A DNA stretch of 64,000 nucleotides from the NCBI GenBank assembly GCA_034932905.1, contig JAYFOF010000002.1:70074-134073 (forward strand), given 5' to 3'. This DNA comes from Erysipelotrichaceae bacterium (GTDB lineage Bacteria; Bacillota_I; Bacilli_A; Erysipelotrichales; Erysipelotrichaceae). Positions 37,456-47,523 of this stretch are shown piece by piece. A program made the position numbers and the translations under genes. The stretch's first letter is position 1. Each line of letters opens with the position of its first letter. The notes under the pieces are model-generated. The model did no database searches. It was not told the DNA's origin and saw only the letters and a program-made list of their open reading frames with translations.

Positions 37456-38734
37456 CATCTTACTTTCGCTTAATAATCTAAGAACAAGTAAAATGCGTTC
37501 ATTCCTGACAATGTTAGGTATTATTATCGGCATCGGTTCTGTTATTGCCATCGTTACAGTCGGTAACTCACTGACTACCTCTATCAATGATACGATGCAG
37601 AGCATGGGAGTAAACAATATAACGGTCGCTCTGACTCAGAAAGAAACAGATGATGAATCAACCGACAGCAATGTCAGTGTCCGGATGTTCGCGTCGTCCA
37701 CCTACAGCGACAGCGATCTGATGACCGATGCGATGATTGCGGAATATAAAGCCGCTTATGCCGATAATATCGTCGCCATTGAATTAACCGAGAGTGTCGG
37801 TTCAGCCACAGCCGACTATAATGATACCTCCTCAACCGTAAACGTAACCGGCGTTAATTCCGATTATGCGCTTGGTGAAGCCTTGGACATTACATCAGGA
37901 CGTTTTATCAAGGCTTATGATATAGATAATACGAAAGATGTCTGTGTTGTCTCATCAACCTTTGTTGAAGATGTCTTCGGCCGTAATGTGGAACCGATCG
38001 GTAAAGAATTACAGATTATCGTCGGGACGAATATCTACCATTTCTATATCGTTGGTGTTTTTGATGACAGCGATGAAACATCTGCGACATCAACCGATTC
38101 ATCTACCAGTGACACGACGACAACCACCACGAATATTTACATTCCGTTATCAACAGCGAAACTGATTACCGGCAGTGCCGCCGGCTATCAAAGTTTCACA
38201 GTCGTTACAAGCAGTACCGAAAACACTTCAACATTCATGACGATTACTGAGAATTTCTTCGCAAGCTATTATACCCGCAATGATTCGTATACCGTTGAAG
38301 CCACCAGTTTAGAATCTATGGTCTCGACGGTTACAGAAATGCTGGGGACCGTGCAGCTTGCCATCTCAGCAATTGCCGCAATCAGTTTACTGGTTGGTGG
38401 TATTGGCGTCATGAACATTATGCTTGTAAGCATTACGGAAAGAACACGCGAGATTGGTATCCGCAAAGCGCTTGGAGCCCCAAACCGAGTCATCCGCGAA
38501 CAATTCATTGTAGAAGCGGTTATCTTATGTTTGATTGGAGGAATCATTGGCATAATCGTCGGCATCATTATCGGAGCTATCGCCACCAATATGATGGGCT
38601 ATGCCACCAGTCCTTCAATTCCTGCATGTATTATCGCTACTGTGTTTAGCATCGGCGTCGGTGTCTTCTTCGGTTATTATCCGGCAAATAAAGCCGCTAA
38701 AATGAATCCGATTGACGCTTTAAGATACGAATAA
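37439..38734 (+). CDS. ABC transporter permease (FtsX / MacB type)
   Basis: MacB_PCD-like periplasmic domain with a Ser/Thr-rich insert. The C-terminal FtsX 3-TM bundle carries REIGIRKALGA. Confidence 0.9.
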   Translation: MNIWDNILLSLNNLRTSKMRSFLTMLGIIIGIGSVIAIVTVGNSLTTSINDTMQSMGVNNITVALTQKETDDESTDSNVSVRMFASSTYSDSDLMTDAMIAEYKAAYADNIVAIELTESVGSATADYNDTSSTVNVTGVNSDYALGEALDITSGRFIKAYDIDNTKDVCVVSSTFVEDVFGRNVEPIGKELQIIVGTNIYHFYIVGVFDDSDETSATSTDSSTSDTTTTTTNIYIPLSTAKLITGSAAGYQSFTVVTSSTENTSTFMTITENFFASYYTRNDSYTVEATSLESMVSTVTEMLGTVQLAISAIAAISLLVGGIGVMNIMLVSITERTREIGIRKALGAPNRVIREQFIVEAVILCLIGGIIGIIVGIIIGAIATNMMGYATSPSIPACIIATVFSIGVGVFFGYYPANKAAKMNPIDALRYE

Positions 38735-38753
38735 AACATTTATTGATTAGAAT

Positions 38754-38783
38754 AAACAGGCATCACTAGTGATGCCTGTTTTA
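38754..38783. terminator. Bidirectional intrinsic terminator
   Basis: AAACAGGCATCAC ta GTGATGCCTGTTT. Confidence 0.8.
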
Positions 38784-38809
38784 ATATATGAATACAAATT
38801 TGTGTAATC

Positions 38810-41365
38810 TCATCCGACCTTTTTATGTTTTACCTTCTTCAGCATCATTAGCAACTCATTCTCCGATATCGGCTTGCTGATCAAGTAGCCTTGAATGTAA
38901 TCACAACCGTTTTTTATCAGATAATCCTTCTGTTTTTCATACTCAATGCCTTCGGCAACCACAAAATGTCCTAACTTATGGCCCATAGAAATAATATCCG
39001 ACATGATAACCTGGTCCGGATTGTCATCCATCAGTTTATCAGCGAAATGTTTATCAATTTTTAAATAATTAATACTCATGTCTTTCTCTCTGGATAATGA
39101 AGAATAACCGGTCCCAAAATCGTCAATCGCTATTTTAATACCCAGTTTCTGAATATCACAAAGTTTTTCATTGATTTCCTGATAATTATCCATGAAAACG
39201 GATTCTGTAATCTCCATGACTAAATTGGATGGTTTGACTTCCGTTTCGCGAAGCAAAGATTCCAACTCAACACAGAAATCGGATCTTAAAAGATGAATCA
39301 TTGACATATTGAAGGAAATGACGACACCCGGATAATTAAGTTTCTCCAACCTTGTCGATAGTTCAAAGACTGTTCGCATGAGAATCCGCCCTAACGGTAC
39401 AATTAACTGCGTAGATTCAGCAATGGGAATAAATTCATTCGGCGATATAGAACCTAAGACGCGGCTTTCAAAACGCGCCAATGCTTCAAAGCCCTCAATA
39501 CCATTCGCCTTAACATTATAAATTGGCTGATAGACCATATAAATACCTTCATTGTTTATAATCGCTTCGCTTAGTTCGTTACGGATATGGTTAGTTCTTT
39601 CAACTTTTTCTTCCATTTTTTTATCGAAGAAGAAATAACCGTGAATCATATCATTCGGAGTATTTTCGGCTGCGATAGAAGCTAATTTAATTATATAATC
39701 CGCATCAAAATTATCTTTTTCCAGCTCAACAATCCCGATGCTGCCCATAATATAATTGAAAGATATAATCCGATTCAAGATCTCAATCACCTCATTGCAC
39801 AGTTTTTCCAAATCATATTTCGCAATATATTGATTGACATAGAATAAATATCGATCCGTCGATAAACGGAAAAGCAAAATATTATCCGTACAGATCTTCA
39901 TCATTTCACTGGTTAAATTACGTATCAGACGATCTCCAAACGAAAAACCGTAACTGAGGTTAATCACACTGAATTTTCTCAGATTCAAGAGACAGACAGC
40001 TCGTTTCCGATTTTTTGTATTATTCTTTTCCTGACGCAAAATTTCACTGAAATAGTTTAAATTGTAAAGCCCGGTCAATTCATCATGGGTATTGATATAT
40101 TTCAGTTTCATTTCCTGAACTTTACGGCTCGTAATATCAAGTATGATGCCTTCAAGCGCTATAACATTGCCTTGGTCATTGTAAACGGCTTGCCCTTGTT
40201 CAAGTACCCATTTTTTCCCTTTATCCGCGGTTATGATTTCATATTCCTCGACAAACTGGTCATGAGTAGCGATAGCCGTCCCCCAGCGATCCCATATATA
40301 ACTTTGATATTTAGAATCAATAATGCTGTTGTACGACAACTCTTTATTATTAATAACGCTGTCAGCTTGATATCCAGTCAGATTGTAACAGCCTTTTGAA
40401 ACGAATTCCATTGTCCAATCACGGTCATATTTACAGCGGTAAGCCATTCCCGGCAGATTATCCAGAAAGACAGCTTTACTGCGTTCGCTGTCATATAATT
40501 CGCTTTCAATTCTCTTTCGTTTATCAATGTCTTCAATCAGACAAATATGATATGGACTTCTTTTGTTTTGCTCATTGTAAAGCTGTGCCACACTTAAATG
40601 AACCCAAACATAATGTCCGTCGGGTAACAGGTAGCGTTTTTCCAGATCATAGTTACTGATCAGCCCGGCTTTAAACCGATTAAACAGAAGCTGATCTTTC
40701 TTAATATCATCCGGATGCGTAACCGATTCCCAGGGAGTTCTAGTCAATTCTTCGCTAGTCCGCCCAGTAATCCGGATAAAACTTGAATTAGTACTCGGAA
40801 TGTCGGCATTAATTGATGTAATGTACTGATCACCGTTTATAACCGCAATGCCAATCGGTGATTGTTCGAAAATCGTTCGCAATAACTGTTCATTGACGCG
40901 CATCCTGTTTTCTGATTCCAGCAAACGGTCATGATCATTCTGCAGCTGTTGGTTTTTTTTCACGATAATATAGAAACCAATGTAAATCGCCAATAGGCAG
41001 GAAATAATCACAATAATCTGGAGTGTTCCGGTGATTGCATTATGGTACCAAGCATAGGCCGGCATATCAATCCCAAGCACGGCGATAACGGTTTGTTGAT
41101 TGGCATCGATGATTGGCACTAGTATACTGACATAACGGCCTTCTTTATTGGTATAGATAGATGTCAGAATTGTTTCAGAACTGGAAAACGGCCGATAAAC
41201 ATCCGCTGGCGGGTTAGTATAAGCAGTACCGGGATCAGTGATGTTACCGTCAGTATTCTGCGTGGAATCCATATAGTAGTAAATCCCATCGTCTTTTTGA
41301 TAGAGCAGATATGCCGAATCGATACCATCAATGTTTGTAACGAGCTTAATTAGATTTCCCTTCAA
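38810..41365 (-). CDS. Sensor protein: partial extracytoplasmic (Cache-like) domain - TM - PAS x2 - degenerate GGDEF - EAL. It is the distal part of a gene interrupted by an in-frame stop.
   Basis: PAS regions, a GGDEF-fold domain lacking the GGDEF signature (RLSTDRY), and EAL motifs FEALARF, DDFGTGYSS and QGY. The annotated start is a TTG only 3 codons after a TAA in the same frame. Confidence 0.85.
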   Translation of the reverse strand: MKGNLIKLVTNIDGIDSAYLLYQKDDGIYYYMDSTQNTDGNITDPGTAYTNPPADVYRPFSSSETILTSIYTNKEGRYVSILVPIIDANQQTVIAVLGIDMPAYAWYHNAITGTLQIIVIISCLLAIYIGFYIIVKKNQQLQNDHDRLLESENRMRVNEQLLRTIFEQSPIGIAVINGDQYITSINADIPSTNSSFIRITGRTSEELTRTPWESVTHPDDIKKDQLLFNRFKAGLISNYDLEKRYLLPDGHYVWVHLSVAQLYNEQNKRSPYHICLIEDIDKRKRIESELYDSERSKAVFLDNLPGMAYRCKYDRDWTMEFVSKGCYNLTGYQADSVINNKELSYNSIIDSKYQSYIWDRWGTAIATHDQFVEEYEIITADKGKKWVLEQGQAVYNDQGNVIALEGIILDITSRKVQEMKLKYINTHDELTGLYNLNYFSEILRQEKNNTKNRKRAVCLLNLRKFSVINLSYGFSFGDRLIRNLTSEMMKICTDNILLFRLSTDRYLFYVNQYIAKYDLEKLCNEVIEILNRIISFNYIMGSIGIVELEKDNFDADYIIKLASIAAENTPNDMIHGYFFFDKKMEEKVERTNHIRNELSEAIINNEGIYMVYQPIYNVKANGIEGFEALARFESRVLGSISPNEFIPIAESTQLIVPLGRILMRTVFELSTRLEKLNYPGVVISFNMSMIHLLRSDFCVELESLLRETEVKPSNLVMEITESVFMDNYQEINEKLCDIQKLGIKIAIDDFGTGYSSLSREKDMSINYLKIDKHFADKLMDDNPDQVIMSDIISMGHKLGHFVVAEGIEYEKQKDYLIKNGCDYIQGYLISKPISENELLMMLKKVKHKKVG

Positions 41366-41374
41366 GATGGTGTA

Positions 41375-41614
41375 TTAGCGCTTCTGCAAATCATTGATAT
41401 TTCCCGATAATTGTTTGAGCATTTCCGTGGGCATCAATGAGTTAGCCGCCTCGGCAAGTCTGATAGCCGATGCTTCCGTTTCCCTCACCCGTTCATTCCA
41501 GATAAACACCGTATAGATCGAACCGACGATAAACAAAAAAACAAAACCGAACCAAAAGATCATTTCACGGTACTTGTTATTTAAGCTGAACCTTTTTCCG
41601 ATGACAGTTTTCAT
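41375..41614 (-). CDS. 79-aa N-terminal fragment (TM helix plus the start of the sensor domain) of the interrupted GGDEF-EAL gene
   Basis: It is in frame with 38810..41365, and only one TAA (41375..41377) separates them. The TM helix is MIFWFGFVFLFIVGSIYTVFIW. Confidence 0.5.
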   Translation of the reverse strand: MKTVIGKRFSLNNKYREMIFWFGFVFLFIVGSIYTVFIWNERVRETEASAIRLAEAANSLMPTEMLKQLSGNINDLQKR

Positions 41615-41773
41615 TTCCGATTATAACCCTCAGGTTTGAATATTATACGTTCTGATACATTTTTATTATGACTTATTTATTTATTTTATTCAATTAATTT
41701 GTTATCTGAGCGTTTAGTTAGACAAATGAAACTATTTAATCTATTATTATATTAGAAAAGGATGTGAATTATA

Positions 41774-42247
41774 ATGAGCTTTTATGAAATTTCTGTCTTA
41801 GATCAAAATGATCAGGTTGTTTCCATGGCTACATTTAAAGATAAAGTTTTGCTGATTGTCAACACCGCGACCAAGTGCGGTTTTACACCGCAGTACGAAG
41901 GACTGCAGGAGCTGTATGATGAATTCAAAGATCAGGGGCTGGAAATCCTGGATTTCCCCTGTAATCAATTCGGCAGCCAAGCACCGGGCACCAGTGCCGA
42001 AATCAATGAATTTTGTTCGCTTAACTTCCATACAACCTTTAGGAGATTTGCGAAAATCGATGTCAACGGACCTGATGAAGCCCCGCTTTATACTTTCCTA
42101 AAGAAAGAAAAAAACGGATTGGCCGGTGATGATATCAAATGGAACTTCACTAAGTTTCTAATTGACCGTCAAGGCAATGTCGTGAAACGATACGGGTCAG
42201 CAATTACACCGCAAAAAATAGCTAAAGATATAAAAACACTTATATAA
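41774..42247 (+). CDS. Glutathione peroxidase (Cys-type)
   Basis: LIVNTATKCGFTPQY, FPCNQFGSQAPG and WNFTKFLI are the three GPx signature blocks. Confidence 0.95.
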   Translation: MSFYEISVLDQNDQVVSMATFKDKVLLIVNTATKCGFTPQYEGLQELYDEFKDQGLEILDFPCNQFGSQAPGTSAEINEFCSLNFHTTFRRFAKIDVNGPDEAPLYTFLKKEKNGLAGDDIKWNFTKFLIDRQGNVVKRYGSAITPQKIAKDIKTLI

Positions 42248-42270
42248 ACCTCGAAAGCCGAGGTTTTTTT
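42247..42270 (+). terminator. Intrinsic terminator after the peroxidase gene
   Basis: CCTCG aaagc CGAGG followed by TTTTTTT. Confidence 0.8.
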
Positions 42271-42426
42271 ATTGAATAGTTGCGAAGCTTACCATATAAT
42301 CGTAATTGTACTACAACCATTTTCATGTAATATAAATATCTAGTCAGATCATCCCTGCACGATTATGTTTATCGTGATTTCAACCACTTTCAGCTTGATA
42401 ATTTTTCTTCAATAGAGGGGTAGGCA

Positions 42427-44091
42427 ATGAAAAAAAAGAATAACTGGCAGGATTTTAATAATCTTCTGGGGTTGAATGAACATCATACACGTATCAGCGT
42501 TATTTTCATCGTGATGATACTAGCGCTTATCGTTTTCTGGATCATTATCTCGGATGTCGTGATGATTAAGTCGCTGTATTGGATACCCTTCAATCGCTAT
42601 CTGCAAATCACTATCGATCTGATATTTATCTTTATTCTAGTCGTTTTATCTTACATCCTGGTTAACCGCTTGATCAGCAATCATCGTAAATTACTGGAGA
42701 TCAACAGTTTTTTGTCATCGATAATGGACAGTTCTAATGAGATCATGATGTTCTCGCTCGATCATACATATCGCTATACCTACTTTAATCAGCGCCATCA
42801 GCTTGTCATGCAGGAACACTGGGGTAAACAGATTGCCGCCGGCATGAATATTCTCAGTGTCATCGATGTTGAGGAAGATCGAATTAAAGCTAAAAAAGCT
42901 TTTGATCAAGCTTTTCAGGGACAGAGTATGAAATTGATTGAGGATTATGGCAATATAAAGCTAAAACGGTCCCATTGGCAAAATTACTATGCTCCGATTT
43001 ATGATCAGAATCGAACGATTATCGGCTGTTCATGTTTTTCGATCAATGTATCCAAACTTGTGGATGAAGAACAGAAGAGCCGGCAGCTCAGCTATCGGGA
43101 CACGTTGACAGAACTTTATAACCGGCGATATTTTCAAGAAGCATGTACTTCATTAGGTGCAACCGAGAATCTGCCGGTTTCCGTAATCATTGCCGATGTT
43201 AATGGTTTAAAATTCACTAATGATGTCTTCGGCCATCAAGAAGGAGACCGGCTGATTATTCAATTTGCCCGGATTCTTGAACATGTCCTGCCGAAAAACA
43301 GTATTATTGCACGGATCGGCGGTGATGAATTCGGCATTTTATTGCCGAAAACAAACGAAAAGGAAGGTCTTGAACTTATTCGGCAGATCGAAGAGAACGT
43401 CATCAGGAATCATCAGGAGAAATTGACACTTTCCGTTTCTTTGGGTATTGCTACTAAATGGCAGAATGATGAATCGCTTGAACAGATTGTCGCCCATGCC
43501 GATAGTTTGATGTATCACAATAAAATGATTAATCGGCTTGATTTTGAAGAGAAACTTATTAACAGTCTTTCAAACTATTTTTATCAGAAGCCTGCCGAAC
43601 GTCTGCATGCTGAAAATACCAGCCACTATGCCAAAGCGATCGGCATGGCCATGAAGCTGCGAGAAGATGATCTTAATATTCTGGAATTAGTCGGTTATCT
43701 GCATGATATCGGCAAAATCACCTTGAATTTCCAGTTATTGAACCGTAATACTGCTCATCCCAGTAAAAAAGCAGTAACTCAGCACTGTGAAGCCGGTTAC
43801 AAAATTTTGCATTTCTTTGAACGTTACCGTGATTTTGCCGGTTATGTCCTGATGCATCACGAACAGCCGGATGGCAAGGGGTTGCCTAATGGTCTTTACG
43901 GGGATGATATACCGATATTAGCACGGATTGTTGCTGTAGCTAATGTTTATGATGCGATGGTCAACACTCTCCCACCGAAAAAAGCTAAAACAGAGGCTGA
44001 GGCTATTGAAGAGCTTCTACTTCTCAAGCAAACACAGCTTGACGGTCATATTGTTGATATTTTCATTAATAAAATACTGATTAATTATTGA
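42427..44091 (+). CDS. Membrane PAS - GGDEF - HD-GYP protein
   Basis: 2 TM helices and a PAS-like region. GGDEF signature RIGGDEFGILL. HD-GYP motifs HDIGK and HHEQPDGKGLP. Confidence 0.9.
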   Translation: MKKKNNWQDFNNLLGLNEHHTRISVIFIVMILALIVFWIIISDVVMIKSLYWIPFNRYLQITIDLIFIFILVVLSYILVNRLISNHRKLLEINSFLSSIMDSSNEIMMFSLDHTYRYTYFNQRHQLVMQEHWGKQIAAGMNILSVIDVEEDRIKAKKAFDQAFQGQSMKLIEDYGNIKLKRSHWQNYYAPIYDQNRTIIGCSCFSINVSKLVDEEQKSRQLSYRDTLTELYNRRYFQEACTSLGATENLPVSVIIADVNGLKFTNDVFGHQEGDRLIIQFARILEHVLPKNSIIARIGGDEFGILLPKTNEKEGLELIRQIEENVIRNHQEKLTLSVSLGIATKWQNDESLEQIVAHADSLMYHNKMINRLDFEEKLINSLSNYFYQKPAERLHAENTSHYAKAIGMAMKLREDDLNILELVGYLHDIGKITLNFQLLNRNTAHPSKKAVTQHCEAGYKILHFFERYRDFAGYVLMHHEQPDGKGLPNGLYGDDIPILARIVAVANVYDAMVNTLPPKKAKTEAEAIEELLLLKQTQLDGHIVDIFINKILINY

Positions 44092-44186
44092 TATCCGACG
44101 AAAATGATAACTTATTATCTTCATTAACTTGCAACTGTCCATTTTTGTAATATGATATAAAGGAATGACAATCCGAGGGTATTTTA

Positions 44187-45371
44187 ATGATTAATTTGTT
44201 TCGCAAGGTGTTATTTAACCTCAAAGATCTTTGGTCAGGCACAGATAATCTTCCGTTATCTGACCAACAGAAATTTAGTATCGACCTTCTCAATAAAGGC
44301 CTCAGCCGCAGTTTTTTTGTGGCGGTCATCATTTTGATTCTTCAGATTATAAATCTAATCATAAGCTGTACAACTGATGATGCGTTGATTTATGTATTAC
44401 TGCTGGACTGCGGTAAGACATGGATGATCGTTATTGCTATCAGTTACTTACTGCTTTATATCATCACTGATAAATTCATCCGAAAAGGGCGCGATCAGTT
44501 GAAGATCTTGCTTTACCTATTTTGGTTTTTAGTGATGATTGGTTCTTTACCATTTACATATATCGAGCTTGCACAGCGTCATGCTTTAACAAACTATACG
44601 GTGGTGATCTTAGCTTTAGCATTTATTCCGCTTTTTAACCTTAAAGAAATCTTATTCTATACCACCATCTATTTCGGTGTCCATCTTATTTTGGTATGTC
44701 AAATGGATGTGCCGCCATTTATCTACCAGGAGATGACAATTCTGGCAGGATTGACCTGCTATGCCGCCGCGCTGCAGCATAGGTCGCTGCTTCAGACATT
44801 CATCAGTCAGCAGAAACTGCTGGCGATGAATGATCAACTAAATGTCATCGCAAATACCGATCAGCTTACCAATTTGTTAAATCGCCGCGGCTTGGAAGAA
44901 CACTTGCAGAATAATGAAGAACACCATTTTGGGTACTACAGCATGATACTGATTGATATCGATCTTTTTAAATTATACAATGATACCTATTTTCATCAAG
45001 CCGGCGATCATTGCCTGCAGCAGGTGGCCGAGAGTATCAAAAAAGCGGTGATTAACATCACCGATATCATTTCCCGTCATGGCGGAGAGGAATTTCTGAT
45101 TTTAGCAGACAATCTTGACGAAACACAACTAATCGCTCTTGCTTCAAAAATCCGCAATGCTGTCTATGATCTGCGAATCAAGATGAATGATGAACCGGAA
45201 TCTCCTTATTTATCAATCAGCAGCGGGCTTTGCCAGAAGAAGTTGGCGCCGGGTATGGCTGTCGACAATGAATTAGTCAGTGAGATGTTCTGCGAGGCCG
45301 ATCAGCAGCTGTATCTAGCAAAAAGCCATGGGCGTAATTGTATTTACTTCAACAATAAAATTTATTATTAG
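44187..45371 (+). CDS. Membrane-anchored diguanylate cyclase (GGEEF)
   Basis: Multi-TM N-terminus. The GGDEF domain has the intact signature RHGGEEFLIL and DQLTNLLNRRG. Confidence 0.9.
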   Translation: MINLFRKVLFNLKDLWSGTDNLPLSDQQKFSIDLLNKGLSRSFFVAVIILILQIINLIISCTTDDALIYVLLLDCGKTWMIVIAISYLLLYIITDKFIRKGRDQLKILLYLFWFLVMIGSLPFTYIELAQRHALTNYTVVILALAFIPLFNLKEILFYTTIYFGVHLILVCQMDVPPFIYQEMTILAGLTCYAAALQHRSLLQTFISQQKLLAMNDQLNVIANTDQLTNLLNRRGLEEHLQNNEEHHFGYYSMILIDIDLFKLYNDTYFHQAGDHCLQQVAESIKKAVINITDIISRHGGEEFLILADNLDETQLIALASKIRNAVYDLRIKMNDEPESPYLSISSGLCQKKLAPGMAVDNELVSEMFCEADQQLYLAKSHGRNCIYFNNKIYY

Positions 45372-47283
45372 CTTTCTTTAAAAAGGGAATCAGTTCATTT
45401 TCCGGCATCGGTTTGGCGTAATAGAAACCTTGAATATAATTCGGGTTTAAATCAATTACTTGATTTACATCTTCAAGCGATTCTACCCCTTCGACAACGA
45501 TTGCCATTCCTAAGCGCTTAAACATATTCATAATATCTTCAAAGACAATTCCATTCTTCTCACCTTCATATTTACCAACTAATAAACTGCGATCTAGTTT
45601 TACGATACTGAATGGGAGATTAACAACCTGAGTCAAATTCGCATAACCTTTACCGAAATCGTCCAACGCAAATTTAATACCGAACTTATTCAGTATTTCC
45701 ATATATTCGATCATTACTTCACAGGAAATTGTTGCGGCTGTCTCAGTAATCTCAAAGATTACTAAGTCCGGATCAACACGGTAATGCTCATAAATCTGAA
45801 TGAAACGGTCATAAAAGCCTTGATTAATAAATTCTGCCGCTGACAAATTGACCTCAATTGTGGAAATACCAAGATCTTCGCGCACATTGTGCCGGTTTAA
45901 GAACTCAAATGAACGACGCATGACTAATTCATCAATTCTTAAGATTAAGCCGGTACGCTCAGCTATCGGAATAAACTCTCCGGGAGAAACAAAACCGAAT
46001 TCCGGACATTGAAAGCGCAGCAAGACTTCCATCGAGTTGAAAGTTTTCGTCTTAACTGCATAGATCGGCTGAAAATAAAGTTCAAAACCTTCATTCTTGT
46101 CCAACCCTTCCCGTAAGGCTTTTTCAACGGCCATCTGACGCTGAACCTTTAACAAAAGATCTTTTTCGATTTCTTTGACCATGACATTTTCATGATTATA
46201 CTTCTCTCTGGTAAAAGCCAAATCAATCAAATTCAACACATCATCTGATTTCTTAAAAAAAGATGAATGATCAAAGTGCCGGATATAAGCCGAAAGTACA
46301 AGATGCATATTATTGATATTCCAGCTGCGGTTAAAACGTGTGACAATATCGTTCAGTGTTTGCTGATAATGTTCCCGATCAAATGTCACAATCGCAAAAC
46401 GGGTTCCCTGCAGTTTAAAAACCCATGGTTTACCAGCAATCGCCTGCAGATAGAAACTGACTTCCTGCAGTACTTCGTTGCCGGCTAAAGCACCGAAAAG
46501 GTTATTAATCCGCCGCATACCGTCTACGTTCAGAACAATCAGCTGAAATCGGTTTTTTTCTGTAATTCGATTTTCTAAAAATATCTGGAAAGCTTCGCTG
46601 TTAAATGCCTTCGTAAAACTGTCCAGCAAATCAGCCGGATTTTGAAGCGTAAAATAGACCATGGCTATCGCTAAAGCGATGGCCACGCCGGTTAATAAAT
46701 AACTAGGCAGCAGCGATTGAATAATCATTGTCACCGAAATGATGAAAATGAAACTTATAACAACATTGTATTGAATCCGGCGGATTTGCCGGTGATACTT
46801 AAGAATCAGCGCAAATGAAACAGCCATATAAAAAAAGGCATTGACATACAGATAGTAAAAACCGATATTATGAACATAACCTAACTCCGGATCAACATAG
46901 AAAATCAAATGATGGAAATAGTTCGTAAAAACAAAAAGCTGAAAAATACAGTAGGGAATCAATAATGTAAGCACCGCGGCCCGGTTAACCTTCAAATCCT
47001 TAACGATCACCAAAATGTACAGAAACATGTAGACAGGAAAGGTCAGCTGGATTGAATAAAAAACCGTGTTGATTGCGTAATTAACCCAAGCCGGCAGCGC
47101 TAGTGCATTTTCAATGGCGATTGATCCGACAATATCTAAAGTGATATCGACAATTGCTGAAATAAGTATAATTGAAAACAATTTGTTTTGCTTGTTTGGA
47201 AAACGACGTTTGCTGAAAAACCGATATACTACAACCGAAAGGAATATCAATGCACTGATTTCATACTCCATGATGTATTTCAT
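45349..47283 (-). CDS. Membrane protein with a degenerate GGDEF domain and an EAL phosphodiesterase domain
   Basis: 7-8 TM helices at the N-terminus. The GGDEF-fold region lacks the signature (LQGTRFAIV). EAL motifs are EVLLRF, DDFGKGYAN and QGF. Confidence 0.88.
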   Translation of the reverse strand: MKYIMEYEISALIFLSVVVYRFFSKRRFPNKQNKLFSIILISAIVDITLDIVGSIAIENALALPAWVNYAINTVFYSIQLTFPVYMFLYILVIVKDLKVNRAAVLTLLIPYCIFQLFVFTNYFHHLIFYVDPELGYVHNIGFYYLYVNAFFYMAVSFALILKYHRQIRRIQYNVVISFIFIISVTMIIQSLLPSYLLTGVAIALAIAMVYFTLQNPADLLDSFTKAFNSEAFQIFLENRITEKNRFQLIVLNVDGMRRINNLFGALAGNEVLQEVSFYLQAIAGKPWVFKLQGTRFAIVTFDREHYQQTLNDIVTRFNRSWNINNMHLVLSAYIRHFDHSSFFKKSDDVLNLIDLAFTREKYNHENVMVKEIEKDLLLKVQRQMAVEKALREGLDKNEGFELYFQPIYAVKTKTFNSMEVLLRFQCPEFGFVSPGEFIPIAERTGLILRIDELVMRRSFEFLNRHNVREDLGISTIEVNLSAAEFINQGFYDRFIQIYEHYRVDPDLVIFEITETAATISCEVMIEYMEILNKFGIKFALDDFGKGYANLTQVVNLPFSIVKLDRSLLVGKYEGEKNGIVFEDIMNMFKRLGMAIVVEGVESLEDVNQVIDLNPNYIQGFYYAKPMPENELIPFLKKANNKFYC

Positions 47284-47485
47284 AAATGTCCCCTGATTAA
47301 AACTAACTTAAATATAATATATTTGGCATGTTAATACAAGCTAACCGCTTGCGATTACAGTTATAAACATTGAATTATCTGATACTTTCTAGCGTTTTAA
47401 TTTCAATCCGCCAGTTTTAACTTTGAACTAACCGATATTTAGCCGTGCTATCGAATATTCAAAGGATTATCCGCCGTAAATCGAA

Positions 47486-47516
47486 ATAAAATCCTTGGTT
47501 AAATCCTAACCAAGGA
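47486..47516 (-). terminator. Intrinsic terminator after the ATPase-RCK operon
   Basis: TCCTTGGTT / AACCAAGGA stem with a T-run on the minus strand. Confidence 0.75.
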
Positions 47517-47523
47517 CTATAAA

